From positions 18,783,916-18,820,775 of the forward strand of contig NC_069002.1 in assembly GCF_001194135.2 (NCBI RefSeq): a DNA stretch of 36,860 nt, in the 5' to 3' direction. This document shows, piece after piece, positions 12,980 to 25,569 of the stretch (within the stretch, counting starts at the first letter, position 1; the number at the start of each line of letters is the position of its first letter). This DNA comes from Octopus bimaculoides. Lineage: Eukaryota. The notes under the pieces were generated by a model. That model had not been told where the DNA came from, searched no databases, and saw only the letters and a program-made list of their open reading frames with translations. A program made the translations under genes and the position numbers.

Positions 12980-13267
12980 AAGAAATTACACTTACGACGT
13001 GGTCAGTAAGGAACTTATGATGCCCATATGTTGTCAGTTGAGAATATTGCACTATCTTATGACGAAAGAATATATAACACTATACATAGTCGCTAAGTAA
13101 ATTATTACAAAAACATACGGTACTATTATGTTGGTTATTAGGGAACCTATGATGCTGATATTTGGCCATTAAGGAAACTATGATACTAATACGGGGTCAC
13201 TAAGCAACTTATTACACTAATATGTCGTTTCGAAGAAAGAAATTACACTAATATATTGTCACTAAGG
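12980..13267. repeat. Degenerate minisatellite with a period of about 31 bp
   Basis: Four consecutive 31-nt units at 13144, 13175, 13206 and 13237, and similar units at 12980 and 13012. Approximate consensus AAACTATTACACTAATATGTGGTCACTAAGG. Confidence 0.75.
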
Positions 13268-13344
13268 AAGATATATGAAACGTCGATAATTATGCAGTCT
13301 CTAACTGGAGTCCCGAATAAGTTGGAACGATGGTTTACTACAGT

Positions 13345-13470
13345 CTTTTAGCCTTTATAATTTGCTTGTTTCAGTCATTAGACTGCGGCCATGCTGGGAC
13401 ATCACCTTGCAAGATTATAGTTGAACGAATCGACCCCAGAACTTATAAGCAGAACAAGATGTCTGATAAA
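13345..13470 (-). mobile_element. tRNA-derived SINE-like family B, 3' part
   Basis: tttcagtcattagactgcggccatgctgg is the reverse complement of the 3' end of the copy at 25570-25895. Confidence 0.75.
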
Positions 13471-14098
13471 TAGTTGTTTTACTCGAGGAGTAATTATTGA
13501 CAATAAGCAAGAATAATGGTCCAGACCTAGAATAAAGCAAGTGGAAATATTTAAAATAATATAGAAAGAGCAAGAAGCGGAGGAGGCGGAGGAGGAAGCG
13601 GAGAAGGAGGTGGAGGAAGAGGTAGAGAAGGAAGAGGAGAAAAAAGAAAGTTTTTTTTCCATTTTTGTTTGACATATGGAAGGTTTCTCTCGTCTGTTTA
13701 TTTGCAAGAATTAATTCGATAAAACTCTTTCGCAATTTTTGATATTTTAGCTAAATTATTATTACGTCAGCAGCAAGAGAAAAAAAATCCACCCCATCAC
13801 CAACATGAACAGAACGTTAACGAAAGAATGGAAGAAGCTAAATTGAAGGTTAAAGGAGACTTATAAATGATAACAAAAAAGAAAAACAGAAAATAGGACG
13901 AAAATATTACTCTATAAAATATGAGGAGAATGACAAAAACGATAACGAAGTTAAACTAAAAGAAAAAAAGAATGAGACAAAAAGAAACAATAATTGATTA
14001 ATTGATCGTTTAGATATGATAGGGTTTTGTTTTATATTGTTTAGAAAATGATTTTAATAATCTGATAAAGCTGCGTAATCCAAACTGCTCTCTGTCTG

Positions 14099-14136
<38 letters not shown>

Positions 14137-14439
14137 ACACGCAATCATTCTCACTGTCTGGCTATCTTTACCTCCCTCATGCTTTAATTCTCTCTCTCGC
14201 CTTCTCTCTCTGACACTCCCTTTTGCTCAATCCAAACTCCCTGTATTTAATATTATACCTTCATCTGAAACCAGCAACCAAAACGGCAATTAGAAGGTTT
14301 CTCTCCAACCACAAATGACACCAAACTATAAACTCGGCTGTAAGAAATCCTCATTGCCCTTTCGTTCCATCCCTAAGCAAAAACAACCTCCAGTTGGTTT
14401 CGGTTAATAAGTTATTAGCGAAACAGTTTCTTATGAAAT

Positions 14440-14500
14440 TTCCGGTGCTCCAGCATGACCGCAGCCACTTGGCTGAAACCCATAAATAAATAAATAAATA
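14440..14500 (+). mobile_element. Family B 3' fragment
   Basis: gtgctccagcatgaccgcagccacttggctgaaac followed by (TAAA)n. Confidence 0.6.
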
Positions 14501-14962
14501 AATTAACAACATGAAAAATAGACAACTAAGAAGCCTAAATGCGCAAAAGAGCTGCGAAATAACCCACATATCACGCCTTTCGATGGACACAGATTAATGA
14601 AAACATGGACATCTCAAAAAGGATGGGTGGTTATGGCAAGAATACCTTTCATTAGCTTTGTTCTGTTGCATCAGGTTTGGCCAATGCCATCAATAGCACC
14701 GTCGACAACATATAAAACGAACCACTAAGGAAGTCTCTCTATATAGGGCTGTGTGTTTGTGTATTTGTATATCTGGGTGCGTGTGTGTGTGTATGTGTGC
14801 AGCGTGCAGGTGTGCTTGTGTTGTCCTGTTTACAGCACAGCGTTCTTCAATCTTCTCAATTTTCGTTTATGGAAAATTATGTTGCTTAGAGACCAGTGGT
14901 ATTGTCAGATGCTTAAAGTTTGTGAGGTTATATATGAGCGTATATCCTCGCTCTACTCCTCC

Positions 14963-14964
<2 letters not shown>

Positions 14965-15025
<61 letters not shown>

Positions 15026-15070
15026 ACATATACATACATACATTCATACATACATACATACATACATACA

Positions 15071-15106
<36 letters not shown>

Positions 15107-15112
15107 TATATA
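14965..15112. repeat. Compound (CT)(CTAT)(TACA)(TA) microsatellite
   Basis: Directly visible. Confidence 0.95.
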
Positions 15113-15299
15113 TTGTAGCAGATAGAGATGATATCACACTAATTAGGTGAAACCTCTGGTATTTTTTTTTCCTTTTTAGCGTATAAAACGTTGTGAATGT
15201 AGGTGGATCAAACACTGAAGATGAAAGAAACGGAATACTCGGGTGTATATAAACATTTACGACCAGCCATACTCACACGCACATACGTGCATTAATGCG

Positions 15300-15516
15300 T
15301 TTACACACACACACACACACACACACTCACAGACACACACTCACACACACACACTCACACACTCACACACACACAAACACACGCATACACACACACACAC
15401 GCACACACACACACATACACATATATATATATTCATGGTCTTATGTGAGTTTATTTCTGCTTACATTCACATTTATACAAATACATACGCGTATGAAGAA
15501 TTCTGTAAGTGTGCGT

Positions 15517-15551
<35 letters not shown>

Positions 15552-15558
15552 CACACAC

Positions 15559-15620
<62 letters not shown>

Positions 15621-15700
15621 ATGTATGTGTGTGTGTATATATGTATATATATGTATCTATCTATAGTTATGCTTATGTGAATGGATATATATGTATTTAA
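15300..15700. repeat. Compound (CA)/(TA) microsatellite field
   Basis: Directly visible. Confidence 0.95.
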
Positions 15701-16471
15701 AGAGATACGTGACTGTGTATGTGCATGAACGTGCACACACGTAATCGATTAAAAATTCTGGTGTAAAATCGACTCTTACATGCCAACACTTTCGTTTCTG
15801 CTACACCATCAACGCCACATCATCAATATTTTGTTCTATCACCCTCTTCCATCAATACCATTACTGTTATAGCTACCATCATGATGTAACCATTATCATT
15901 ATTACATCTAATGCTGCCCCATTAACGTCTGCGGTTGAAACACATGTCAACGCACACACTCACACACAGCCACACACATCTGCGGACACGCACACACATT
16001 TATACACTAATGTATAATAATGTTATTTAGTTTACAAGTAGGTAATCGAATTTTCCTGTTAGAGATCGAGACAAGGTAGAAAGGTGAAGTGAGGTGGAAT
16101 CCACCAGTGGTTAAACAAAACAAGACAGCTCAATACTTCTGCAATTTATATCCATCAAGAATTGTCTTATAAGAAAACTGTGTATATTTTAAATATCTAA
16201 ATATACAATGACGTTAAGCTTAGTTTTTCTTCTGATTTTATGGAAAAATATTTTGAAGTTTCAGTTTAGGGAGAGAGAAATACTGTTTTGTCATAAACAA
16301 TTGGTGGTATGGAGTGACTGAGAATTTGGAGATAGATTTAATTTGTTTGTAACGATAGAAAGTGAGAAAGCAAGAAGAAATCGAGAATGCAAGAAAAGAT
16401 AAAGGAAGACGAGAGATACTGAACTGGAAATGGTGATCGTTTGAGTATTTTATTAATCGGGGGGAGGGGGG

Positions 16472-16625
16472 CAGTGGTCAGACAGAATGGGTAGAGCGTG
16501 TTAGAGAAAATTCTTTGCAGTATTTAGTTCCTTTCTTTACGATCTGAGTTCAAATCCGGTCGGGGTTAACTTTACTTGTCGTCTTTTGGGAGTCGATAAA
16601 CTAAGGTACTCGTCAAAAATTGGGC
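16472..16625 (+). mobile_element. SINE family A, diverged
   Basis: ctttacgatctgagttcaaatccggtcggggttaactttac...ttttgggagtcgataaactaaggtac. Confidence 0.7.
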
Positions 16626-17064
16626 TGAAGTTTTAAGAGAATAACCTCATCTCAGATGAATTTCACCGAGAAAAGCTCTTGTGATTCAAAGCGAAACTAT
16701 CGAGGAAACTCACCACCTGGATTATTGGCGTTTTGGGGTAGAAGAGTTAATCCGTCTCAAAGTTTAACCAAACCACTTGGTAAATCCTGTTTCATGTGTT
16801 CCTTCTAAGACTCCAGTCTTAGCAGAAATTCTTTATTCTCTCATAGATATGTCTCAGCAATTCCCACGAAAAGTTAGTTGTTGCGCGGAGAAAATGTTTT
16901 GCCTTTGTTTACGACAGAAATTAGTTGTTTTTTTTTTGTAAATATTAATTAAGGTGGGCTTTCATTTGTGCGTGTGAAGGCGAGTTATGATTTTGTGCTT
17001 GTGTGTGTTTGTGTGTATGTACGTGTGTATGTGTGTGTGTGGGTGTGTGTGTGTGTGTGATCCT

Positions 17065-17250
17065 TTGTTCGTTCATTAGTTCAGTTAAGGAACTGCGGCC
17101 ATGCTGGCACACCATGTTGAAGGTTAAATGAACCAAATCGATTTCAATATTATTTTAAAGTTGGTACTTATTCTGTAAGCCTATTTTTTTTTTCCGAAAC
17201 ACTAAGTTACGGAATCGCAAACAAGCCATCAACACCTCTCAAGTGGTGTC
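17065..17250 (-). mobile_element. Family B copy
   Basis: actgcggccatgctggcacacc...ttggtacttattc...ccgaaacactaagttacgg matches the reverse complement of the copy at 25570-25895. Confidence 0.7.
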
Positions 17251-17979
17251 GGACAAAGACAAATATGTACATTCATATATATGTACGTAAGCACACACTT
17301 GTGTATATACGCATATCTGTGTGCATGTGTTTGTATGCTTGTGTGTGTGTGTGTGTGTGAGCGGTGTTATTGAAGAATCGGTAAATAATATTTTCGTCAG
17401 ACTACAGTGAGGAATTCGACTATTCAATCGAGTCTAAACTGGAACAGAGGATGTCCCACTGGGCTACTTCTGCAGTCTTTGAATTTCTGTCACCTCAATA
17501 CATTTTAGTTGGGAAATGGCTAAATTCTAAATGGTACGGTGTCGGTGTAACTGCTCATGGGCCACACTTTCAAATGCACTTCGAGTCTCGTCTAGTTTCT
17601 GGTATAAAACTTGTTCTTGTCCAATTCTCTAGTAGATTCAGCCTTCAACAATGTTTAACGAATCAATGCAGAATCTCGCCGACGATAAATGGACGTTTTA
17701 TTTTATTATATTTTAGCCAAACGAGACGACTGCTGGCAGCGACTTACAGAACCACCGAGAGTGGTGGAAGGAAGCAGACATCCTTAATCCGTAGACTTGG
17801 AAGGAATGTTTGCTACAGAGTTGCCTCCACTAATGGTACCCATGGTACCAGTGTCAAACTGCATGACAGATTAACTCTATCGCGCGTGTAAGTCACGGAA
17901 GTTGGGGGTATATGAAACACAAAACGCTGGAAGAAGCATCACAAGGCATCCAGGTGGACATTTTTAAGTTCCACCAATC

Positions 17980-18110
17980 CAATGTCCTAAGTCGATATAT
18001 TTTTTTTTTATTGACACCGAAAGAATAAAAGGCAAAGTTGATCTCGATCGGATTAGAACTCAGACTGCAGAAATTAGGCACGTTTACTGCAAAGACGTTT
18101 TACCCGACAT
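17980..18110 (-). mobile_element. SINE family A fragment
   Basis: gacaccgaaagaataaaaggcaaagttgatctcgatcggattagaactcaga. Confidence 0.75.
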
Positions 18111-19039
18111 TGCGGCCAGACCTCCACTCGCTTTTCTCACCAATGGAACAAGAGCTAAACATTTAGTATTACATTAGTTAGACATGCAACACAGCTGTGT
18201 TCTTTTTTTTTTTTTTTAGCCTAACGTTAGGTTTGTATCAAAGTAGTATCAGACAAGATTTGATTCGCATTTCCTTTGCTAAAAGTTCTTCTGTGATCTG
18301 AAACCTCTTATTCACAGCAACAACTAACCTTATTTTATAAGTTTACATTTCATATCAGTTTCACTGTTTCGACATTCGATATTCCTTTCTGCGTTTCGAT
18401 ATAAAACTTCAAGTCTCACATTTCGTATTTGCTTTTCATTTAATTCTTTTTTATTTTCTCCTCATTTCAAACGCTGCCTGTCTCGTTTGGTTCCCTCAAG
18501 ATCCATAGGTTTGGTCATTGACCTTTTTTATACAAATATCTAATCAATAATCAATACACGACCAGAATGACCTTTGCCATTACCAGCATCGTCAATGGCC
18601 GGTTGCGTCTTATCGAAGTGATCAAAGCAAATCATTTTTTAAATGCCAAGATGAATATTAAACTGGAAGGTCATCGATTATAGATTGGAAGATACAAAAG
18701 CATCATCATCATAAACATGATCATCAAGATCATGATCATCAAGATCATGATCATCAACAACAACAACAACAAAGCCGAGAACAGCAACAGCGGTGCAGTA
18801 GAAAGAATAACGAAAGTTTCACTAAACAAAACTCAGTCATTCTGTTCAGTGCTTTACTACTTTTAAACCGGCATAACTCTTATAAAGCGGCACACATATG
18901 TCCTACGACACGATCTAGTATTAATATAAACAATCTTAGCAACTTCTACGTAACCATCAACAATTCGAAACAAAATTAAATGGAGGGAATCTCGGTAGTG
19001 AATAGATGGGACTTCCTACTATTAAGGTACACTGCTCTG

Positions 19040-19925
19040 TTTTGAGTAGAGAAGAGAAGAACGAATAGAGTGAGGAAGAGGAGGTGGCTAGAAATATTCA
19101 AAAAGACTGGTGAACGATTGTAGAATTGAGGAACAAAAGGAAGAACAACAAAAGTACAGAACTCTGGTTGTGGCTGACGGGTTGAAACCGGAAGCAAGAA
19201 ACCGAATCACTAATTATAGCCACTTGGAAACAAGCCATTAGAAGGAATTTGATAAAAGCAAAGATTAAGAAAATTCTGTCAGAGAGTAAAAGCGGTATCT
19301 GTGGGAAAGTGACGAAAGGATTAACCAACTCTAAAAGGAATGCTGTAAGCTAGCATAAAAAACAGTACAAGCGCAGGCAGGACTGTGTAAGTAAAGTTGT
19401 ATGTTAGATGAATATTAAAAATTCAAATCAGCTAAAAAGCGATATGAAGACGAGCCAGAAGCTACAATGGAGAATAAAAATAGGGGTAGTTTATGGGATT
19501 TCCTTGTAAAGACTGATCAAACTACTTAAGCAAGAAGACCAGATTATAGAAAACAAAGGAAACAAACAATGTAAGGTGATAGACTTTGGAATAACAACGA
19601 TAATGGAGTGAATGCCAGAGAAATAGCAGGACCTAGCCAAAGGGATGGAAGACTAATATGACAAAAAGGGTGAATGGTACTTTTGGCACAAAATCTAGAC
19701 CACTACCTAGCAGGCGGAAGGCTATTGGGATTAAAACTCACACTGTCGGCATACAGAAATATAGCATTCCAAATTTTAAAGAGTCTTAAGAAAGTTTTTC
19801 CAGATTTGAGGAGACTCGATCCTACCAAGCCTCAAGAAAACATCTCTGCCATATGAAACAGCGTGTAATACACTTAAGAGGAAGAAGAAGAAAAAGAAGA
19901 AGAAGAACAACAACAACAATAATAA
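19040..19925 (+). mobile_element. R4/Dong-type (RLE-encoding) non-LTR retrotransposon, degenerate 3' part with tail
   Basis: Frameshifted peptides AIRRNLIKAKI, GICGK.DERINQ..ECCKLA*KQYKRRQDCVSKVV (decayed CCHC), YEDEPEATMENK..LWDFLVKTDQT.ARRPD and QCKVIDF (PD..D restriction-like endonuclease). The tail is (GAA)(CAA)(AAT). Confidence 0.8.
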
Positions 19926-19930
19926 TTACA

Positions 19931-20144
19931 ATGGCTTCAAATTTTGACACAAGGCCAGGAATTTCGGGAAGTGGGTAAGTCGATTACATCAAACCCCAGT
20001 ATGCAACTGGTACTTAATTTATCGACCCCGAAAGGATGAAAAGCAAAGTCGACCGCGGTGGAATTTGAACTCAGAACCTAGCGACAGACGAAATACCGCT
20101 AAGCATCTCGCCCGACATCCTAACGATTCCACCAGCTCGCCGCC
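19931..20144 (-). mobile_element. SINE family A, full length (aaatttgaagcc-type tail)
   Basis: Near-complete reverse-complement match to the consensus, ending at the head ccagctcgccgcc. Confidence 0.92.
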
Positions 20145-20145
20145 G

Positions 20146-20161
20146 TAATATAATAATAATG

Positions 20162-20250
<89 letters not shown>

Positions 20251-20260
20251 AATAATAATA
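20146..20260. repeat. (AAT)(GAT)(AAT) microsatellite between two SINEs
   Basis: Directly visible. Confidence 0.95.
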
Positions 20261-20261
20261 A

Positions 20262-20445
20262 AGGTTTCAAATTTTGTCACAAGGGCACCAGCTTTGGGGG
20301 AAGAGATAAGTCGATTAGATCGACCCCCAGTACTCAACTGGTACTTAATTTTTCGATCCTGAGAGGATAAAAGGAAAAGTTGACCTCGGTGGAATTTGAA
20401 CTCAGAAAGAAGGGACGGGTAAAATACCTCAATGCATTTCGCTAG
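20262..20445 (-). mobile_element. SINE family A
   Basis: Tail ggtttcaaattttgtcacaagg through ggaatttgaactcaga. Confidence 0.88.
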
Positions 20446-20454
20446 GCTTGTTGA

Positions 20455-20970
20455 ATGCTGATACTCCCAAGCTCCAATTACTATTGCTATCCCGTCCACT
20501 GTCTTTATCGCCCACAGTTTCCGTATTTCCTCCTTCCATTCATCACAGTTGTTTAGTCCTTCTTCTTCTCTTCGATCCTGTTGTCACCAGGTTATGTTAC
20601 CAGGCATGTTCTTTTCCTTTTCCGTTCACGATAACAATGTCAGGTTTCCGATGTCTGATCTGACGGTTACACTGAATCATTGCATCCCACAGGATTTTGT
20701 AATTTTCATTCTCAGTCATTCCCTCTGAGATTTGGTCATACCACGTCTCTGATCTTTCTTGCCGGAATGACTTTAAATTCTGAGGCCCATTGTTGCAAAG
20801 CGAACTTTCGCCATACCTGCCAAAGAAGTGCTAGAACACTATAAGGAAATTGCTGGGGAAAAAATTTGAAATGTTTGAAGACAAGGATGAGCTTTCCTCT
20901 TTCCTCCACATGCTTTACCGATTCCTTATCTCCAAATCAGCATTTCCCCACTCCATCAATGCTGTCCAGG
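20455..20970 (-). mobile_element. R4/Dong-type endonuclease-domain fragment
   Basis: Translation: TWYDQISEGMTENENYKILWDAMIQCNRQIRHRKPDIVIV / PGDNRIEEK / WKEEIRKLWAIKTVDGIAIVIGA. A decayed zinc knuckle (GKC*FGDKESVKH) lies upstream. Confidence 0.85.
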
Positions 20971-21294
20971 TCAGTGAATCGGTATCCCCAGCTTAGCCTT
21001 TTCATGTTCTCCATATTCAGTCTGTTAACAGTGACATACCTGTAAACATTTACCCTGTTAGGAGAGAGTGAAGCATAACATTTCTGCTACGTATTTCAAC
21101 ACTTAGCATGGAATCATTGCAAGAAAGTCTGTTAGCTTTATTGAGATTTTAGGTAAGGCGACCAAAAGGAAATTTGTATAAAACGTATAATACTTACAGT
21201 GCGCCACGTTTTCTCACAAGTTAATGGCTAATATTAAAGTCAATGGTTATTATGGCAAGCAGCAAGAAATACATTCCATTTTTATTTTTATTGT

Positions 21295-21470
21295 ATTATG
21301 TGCGTGCGTGTGCGTGCGTGTGCGTGCCCGCGTGTGTGTGTATATGTATATGTGTATGTGTGTGTATGTATGTGTATGTGTACGTATGTGTGTGCGTGCG
21401 TGCGTGTGTGTGTGTGTGTGCGTGCGTGGTGGGTATGCGCGCGTGTGTGTGTATGCGTGTGTGCATACAC
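21295..21470. repeat. Compound (TG)/(TGCG)/(TATG) microsatellite
   Basis: Directly visible. Confidence 0.9.
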
Positions 21471-22029
21471 TTAGTATTTTGCATGACATATATATGTTTA
21501 TAAGAGGCGCCTTTGCTTCAATAAGAAAGAACGTGACTCGTCTATAGGGAACCTAAGGAAATTCCAAGAGGAATTATCTCATTAAATGGCTTTTAGCCTA
21601 AATGCTATTCACAACCAAACTGTGTTTACATAAACCAGATGGATTCAGCAATCATTGTAGACACGGTTCTTCGCTGATAATATGTTTGGATATTGCCGAA
21701 TATTTATTCAATTTCAAATGTATTTTAGCCAGATCACAGATACAAAGACAATCATTTGGTTGTAGACAATAAACAATATCTTTGTCTTAATTTCTTTTCT
21801 CATAACATCTTCTAACGGATTTAATGAAGAAAAGGTAAAAGAAGCTATTTACCTTTACTGAATAGAAATCTATAGTTAAAACACTCACGTCATGTGAACG
21901 GCCTGGTCTGATAAACAAAAAAGTGCGGTTTCGATTTTCAGTAAAGACGTTAACAGATTCATGCAGATCTGGAAAGATAACAATGTAAAATACAGAAAAT
22001 AATAATTAAACAACATGAAGTATACTGTT

Positions 22030-22325
22030 CTATATTTTAGAGATGAAGAATTCCGTACATTATATAAATTGGACGTATATGTGTCCTCATCTTGTCTGTT
22101 GTTACCACAACGTTTCGGCTGATTTACTCTCCAGCCTTCATCAGGTGTCCTGGTACAATTTTGAACCCAACTTTGGGTTCTCATTCCTAAGGTACCTTTT
22201 TACTGATGTTATTATTATTACTATTATTCATTATTAATAATAATATCATTATTTATACAAGGTACTGCCTGGAATTGAACTCGGAACCGCGCTCTTAACC
22301 ATTGCGCCATATGCCCGCGGGCAAC
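22030..22325 (-). mobile_element. Short composite retroelement candidate: tRNA-like head, (AAT)n linker and hammerhead-bearing PLE-LTR-like segment
   Basis: On the minus strand: A box TGGCGCAATGG (22309-22299), B box GAGTTCAATTCC (22282-22271), then an AAT tract, a 7-bp hairpin and a hammerhead. Confidence 0.6.
22106..22147 (-). ncRNA. Minimal type I hammerhead ribozyme
   Basis: CAC-CUGAUGA-A-GGCUG(gagaguaaau)CAGCC-GAAAC-GUU-GUG. The catalytic core is intact, stem II is 5 bp, stem I is 3 bp (CAC/GUG), stem III is the palindrome AACGUU (dimer type) and the cleavage triplet is GUU. Confidence 0.78.
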
Positions 22326-22954
22326 TATAGAGTAAATTTTAGAGCTTATAAGCCTAACATTTTTGTATCCTTCTTAATAGTGGTTCCCATATACCAATCA
22401 TATTTGCACTCAGTCTCTTTATTGTGTCCTAGGATATATGCTGCTTCCTTAGTTTTCGTATTTTGGGATGTTACAAATGTCTCTCGCTTTACCTATTCTG
22501 TCATCGAACAGCTTAGTATATTAGCAAGCAGCACAATAAGAGACATAAAACAGTTTCTATGGGGTATTTTCTAGTTTATGTTTCTCTCCCTCTCCCTTCC
22601 TCCTCCCTTTTTTCACTCCTCTTTCTTTCATTCAATCCTCATTTGATGTCACTTCCGGACACACCCATTTATCCTTATCGAAACTCCAAATTTAATCTCA
22701 ACACTTCCATGTTTTGCCGCAGGCAATTTCAAATGGATTCTGTTGCGATCAGACATGTTCAAAGGTACAAGTGATATTCATAAAATACACAAGACAAAAT
22801 CTTTCTACTAAAGCAGCGAAGCTCGTGTGAAGTGGATGACTAAAAGTTTCAGAACATCAAACAAGATATCCGGCCATCTTTACTTTAGACCTTACCTTCT
22901 GAATGAGATCGATAAAATAAATACCAACAAAGTGGGGAGGTCGATATTAATCAA

Positions 22955-23115
22955 GCCAGCAATAGAACTGCTATCTTATCGCTGAGTCTGCTAGAAATAG
23001 CAACCAAATATTTCTCTGTCTCTCAGTCTCTGTCTGTCTCTCTTTCGTCATCGTTAAAGAAGGGGTTCAATATTTGACAATATAGACCTTGATAACCTGT
23101 GCCTGAAAAAGGCGT
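22955..23115 (+). mobile_element. Interspersed repeat family C copy
   Basis: gagtctgctagaaatagcaaccaaatatttctc...catcgttaaagaagggg. Confidence 0.5.
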
Positions 23116-24229
23116 GGTATTCACGGTTAGTAGTATTTCAACTCTTTGATATACAACGCATATACACGTCTATACACCTCCACACACAAACACACATACA
23201 CACACACACACAAATACACGCACAGAGGAACACATACGTACAGCCATATATAAAGGAAATATTTAATAATTTTATTCTAGATGCAATGTGTAAACGAAAA
23301 CGTGATGGTCCCGACTGGAACACCAGTGATCATACGTCACCTTAATTAGAATTAAAGCTGAAGTAAGAGAGAATATATAACAACAGCAACATCAAAAGAG
23401 AAACCTCTCCACAACAACAACAAGATCCTGTGTTAATGAGGAATCATCTATGTAGTGATTCGACATACTAGAAACAGCTACCAAGAAAACATATGATAAT
23501 GTAGTCCCAGTTACTCCAAAAAGTTACTTTCGCATAAGTCTCCTCAATGAGAATTGGCTTAGAGTTGAAAAGTAACAAACCGGTGAGCAAATGTGAACGT
23601 GGTTTGGTATGCTGGTAATAACAGTCACATCTGTCAGAATCACCGACCTTCCTGCACGAAAATGGACACAGTGAATAAGCTGTTGCTATAAATATTCAAG
23701 TTTTAAATCTTCATTAAATAACTTTAAATAAAATATTCTGCATAAGAAAAAGCAAACACTTTCAGAATTCAACACAAAGCCTTCCCCATTTCCTAACATT
23801 GATACCGTTGTCCAGTCAACTCTGCTCATTGCAACATTGTAGTCATATTGTCTTGGTTTATATCTTTTATGAGTGGGAAGGAAGGTGACTAGACTGGGAC
23901 TTTTTTTCCTAACCACTATATTATCGTCTTGTGACTTTAAAGAAATCCATCACAGTGGCCTTCGCTGACAAATGTGTTCAGCTGTTCTGTTTTGTGGGAG
24001 ATGTTTATTCTACCAGAAACGAGCCAGTACCGTGTCGTTTAAGCATGCAGCTACTCTATATTCATAAATTATACATAACCATCCATCATGATTTTTTTTA
24101 CTCCTTTTAATATAATATTGTTGTTGCTGCTGCTGTAATGTGTATAGAGAAAGATATATTAAATGACCTCCAATAAATTTGTGCTATCGCTGTTCCCTCT
24201 GGTGTATTACGACGAAGATTTATAGCAGA

Positions 24230-24306
24230 CTCACTGTTGTTGCTATTGTTTTTATTATTGTTGCTATTGTTGTTGTTGTCGTCGCTGTTGTTGTTATTGT
24301 TGTTGC

Positions 24307-24340
<34 letters not shown>

Positions 24341-24365
24341 GCTGTTGTTGATGCTGCTGTTGCTA
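24230..24365. repeat. (GTT)n microsatellite
   Basis: Directly visible. Confidence 0.95.
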
Positions 24366-25062
24366 GTGGTTTTGTTTTACCGCTACTTCTGCTGTTGTTA
24401 TTTGGTTCCAGGTCAGCTTTGTTTCTAACTATGACCATCCCCTATATTTCTGTCTGTTACAATATATCTAGAACATCAGTCACTAAGTCCTTCATATTCT
24501 AGAACTTAATTTTGAGTTTCATGTAAAAGGTTTCGGTTTCGAGGTCCCGGCTTTCAAACAATAGTCTTGGGGTTGTGATTTCTTTCAAATTTTTTAAAAT
24601 TTTAATTTCAATATTAAATTTTCATGAATATTTTCTAGGTTTTTGTGTAATTTCTTTTAGAAATCACAGCCACTAGCGTAGCTACAGTGGGCCGGGGGTT
24701 TGGGGGGAGGGGGGTCAGGCGGCAATCTTATGGGGTCGGCACTATTTTTGGGGCTGCTGTAGGCAATATGTACTTTTCTGATGGTGGTGGGGTATAAAGA
24801 AGCTGCCTCATAATGGCAGTGAGGGCGGGAGAGAGAGAAGGAAAGAGAGGGAGAGAGTGTGCAAACAATTTGCAAATACAATTGCTACCAGACGAAAACC
24901 CAGCAGAGCAGACACTAGCAGGTTTATGGGGTCATCAGATGTTAATGTGTGTGTGTGTGTGTGTGTGTGTTTGTATATATTGTTTAAGGGAAATTTAGTT
25001 GGTCTTTTCAAGCAGATCTAATGAGCGGGAATACTCTCCTACTTTCTTCTATTTAATAATTC

Positions 25063-25270
25063 TTTTCTAGTCTAGGCACAAAGGGCCTGAAATTTCTTTT
25101 TGTGGTGGGGCGCTACTCGATTAGATCGACCCCAGTACGCAACTGGTACTTAATTTATCGACCCCGAAAGGATGAAAAGCAAAGTCGACCTCGGCAGAAT
25201 TTTAACTCAGATCGTAGCGATGGGCGAAATACTACTAAGCATTTCGTCCAGCGTGCTAACAATTCTGCTG
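25063..25270 (-). mobile_element. SINE family A, full length (tagaaaag-type tail)
   Basis: Clear reverse-complement match, e.g. gaccccagtacgcaactggtacttaatttatcgaccccgaaaggatgaaaagcaaagtcgacctcggc. Confidence 0.92.
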
Positions 25271-25569
25271 AATGCTGGAGTATACCATTTGTTTCAGTAA
25301 TGAGGTAATGCTACAATATTCCTACCTCTTGGTTTAATAACGATGTAGTTGTCTAGTGTATCTATTTCTTGACTTAATAATAAAATACTGTTGTAGTGTA
25401 GAATCCAGAATTAAGTACGAGTCACATAAATTACTTAACCAACGTTTTGGGAATTGATTTAAATAACAAACGGATTCTTTTCCATTTTGTTGCTGTCATA
25501 TAGAAAAAAAAACGGTAATTGGTGTCTAGACTTCAAATTGATTTGATTGTCTCTGCGGTAATTTAGTGA

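Noticed and set aside
12980-13267. CRISPR-like periodicity
   Set aside because: The units are contiguous and degenerate with no unique spacers, there are no cas genes, and the context is eukaryotic.
17451-17891. 146-aa non-repetitive plus-strand ORF
   Set aside because: No recognisable motif. It has an acceptor-like and a donor-like site, but there is nothing to support coding.
18716-18757. 15-bp tandem repeat (CATGATCATCAAGAT) x about 2.8
   Set aside because: Most simply explained as slippage within an (ATC)-rich tract.
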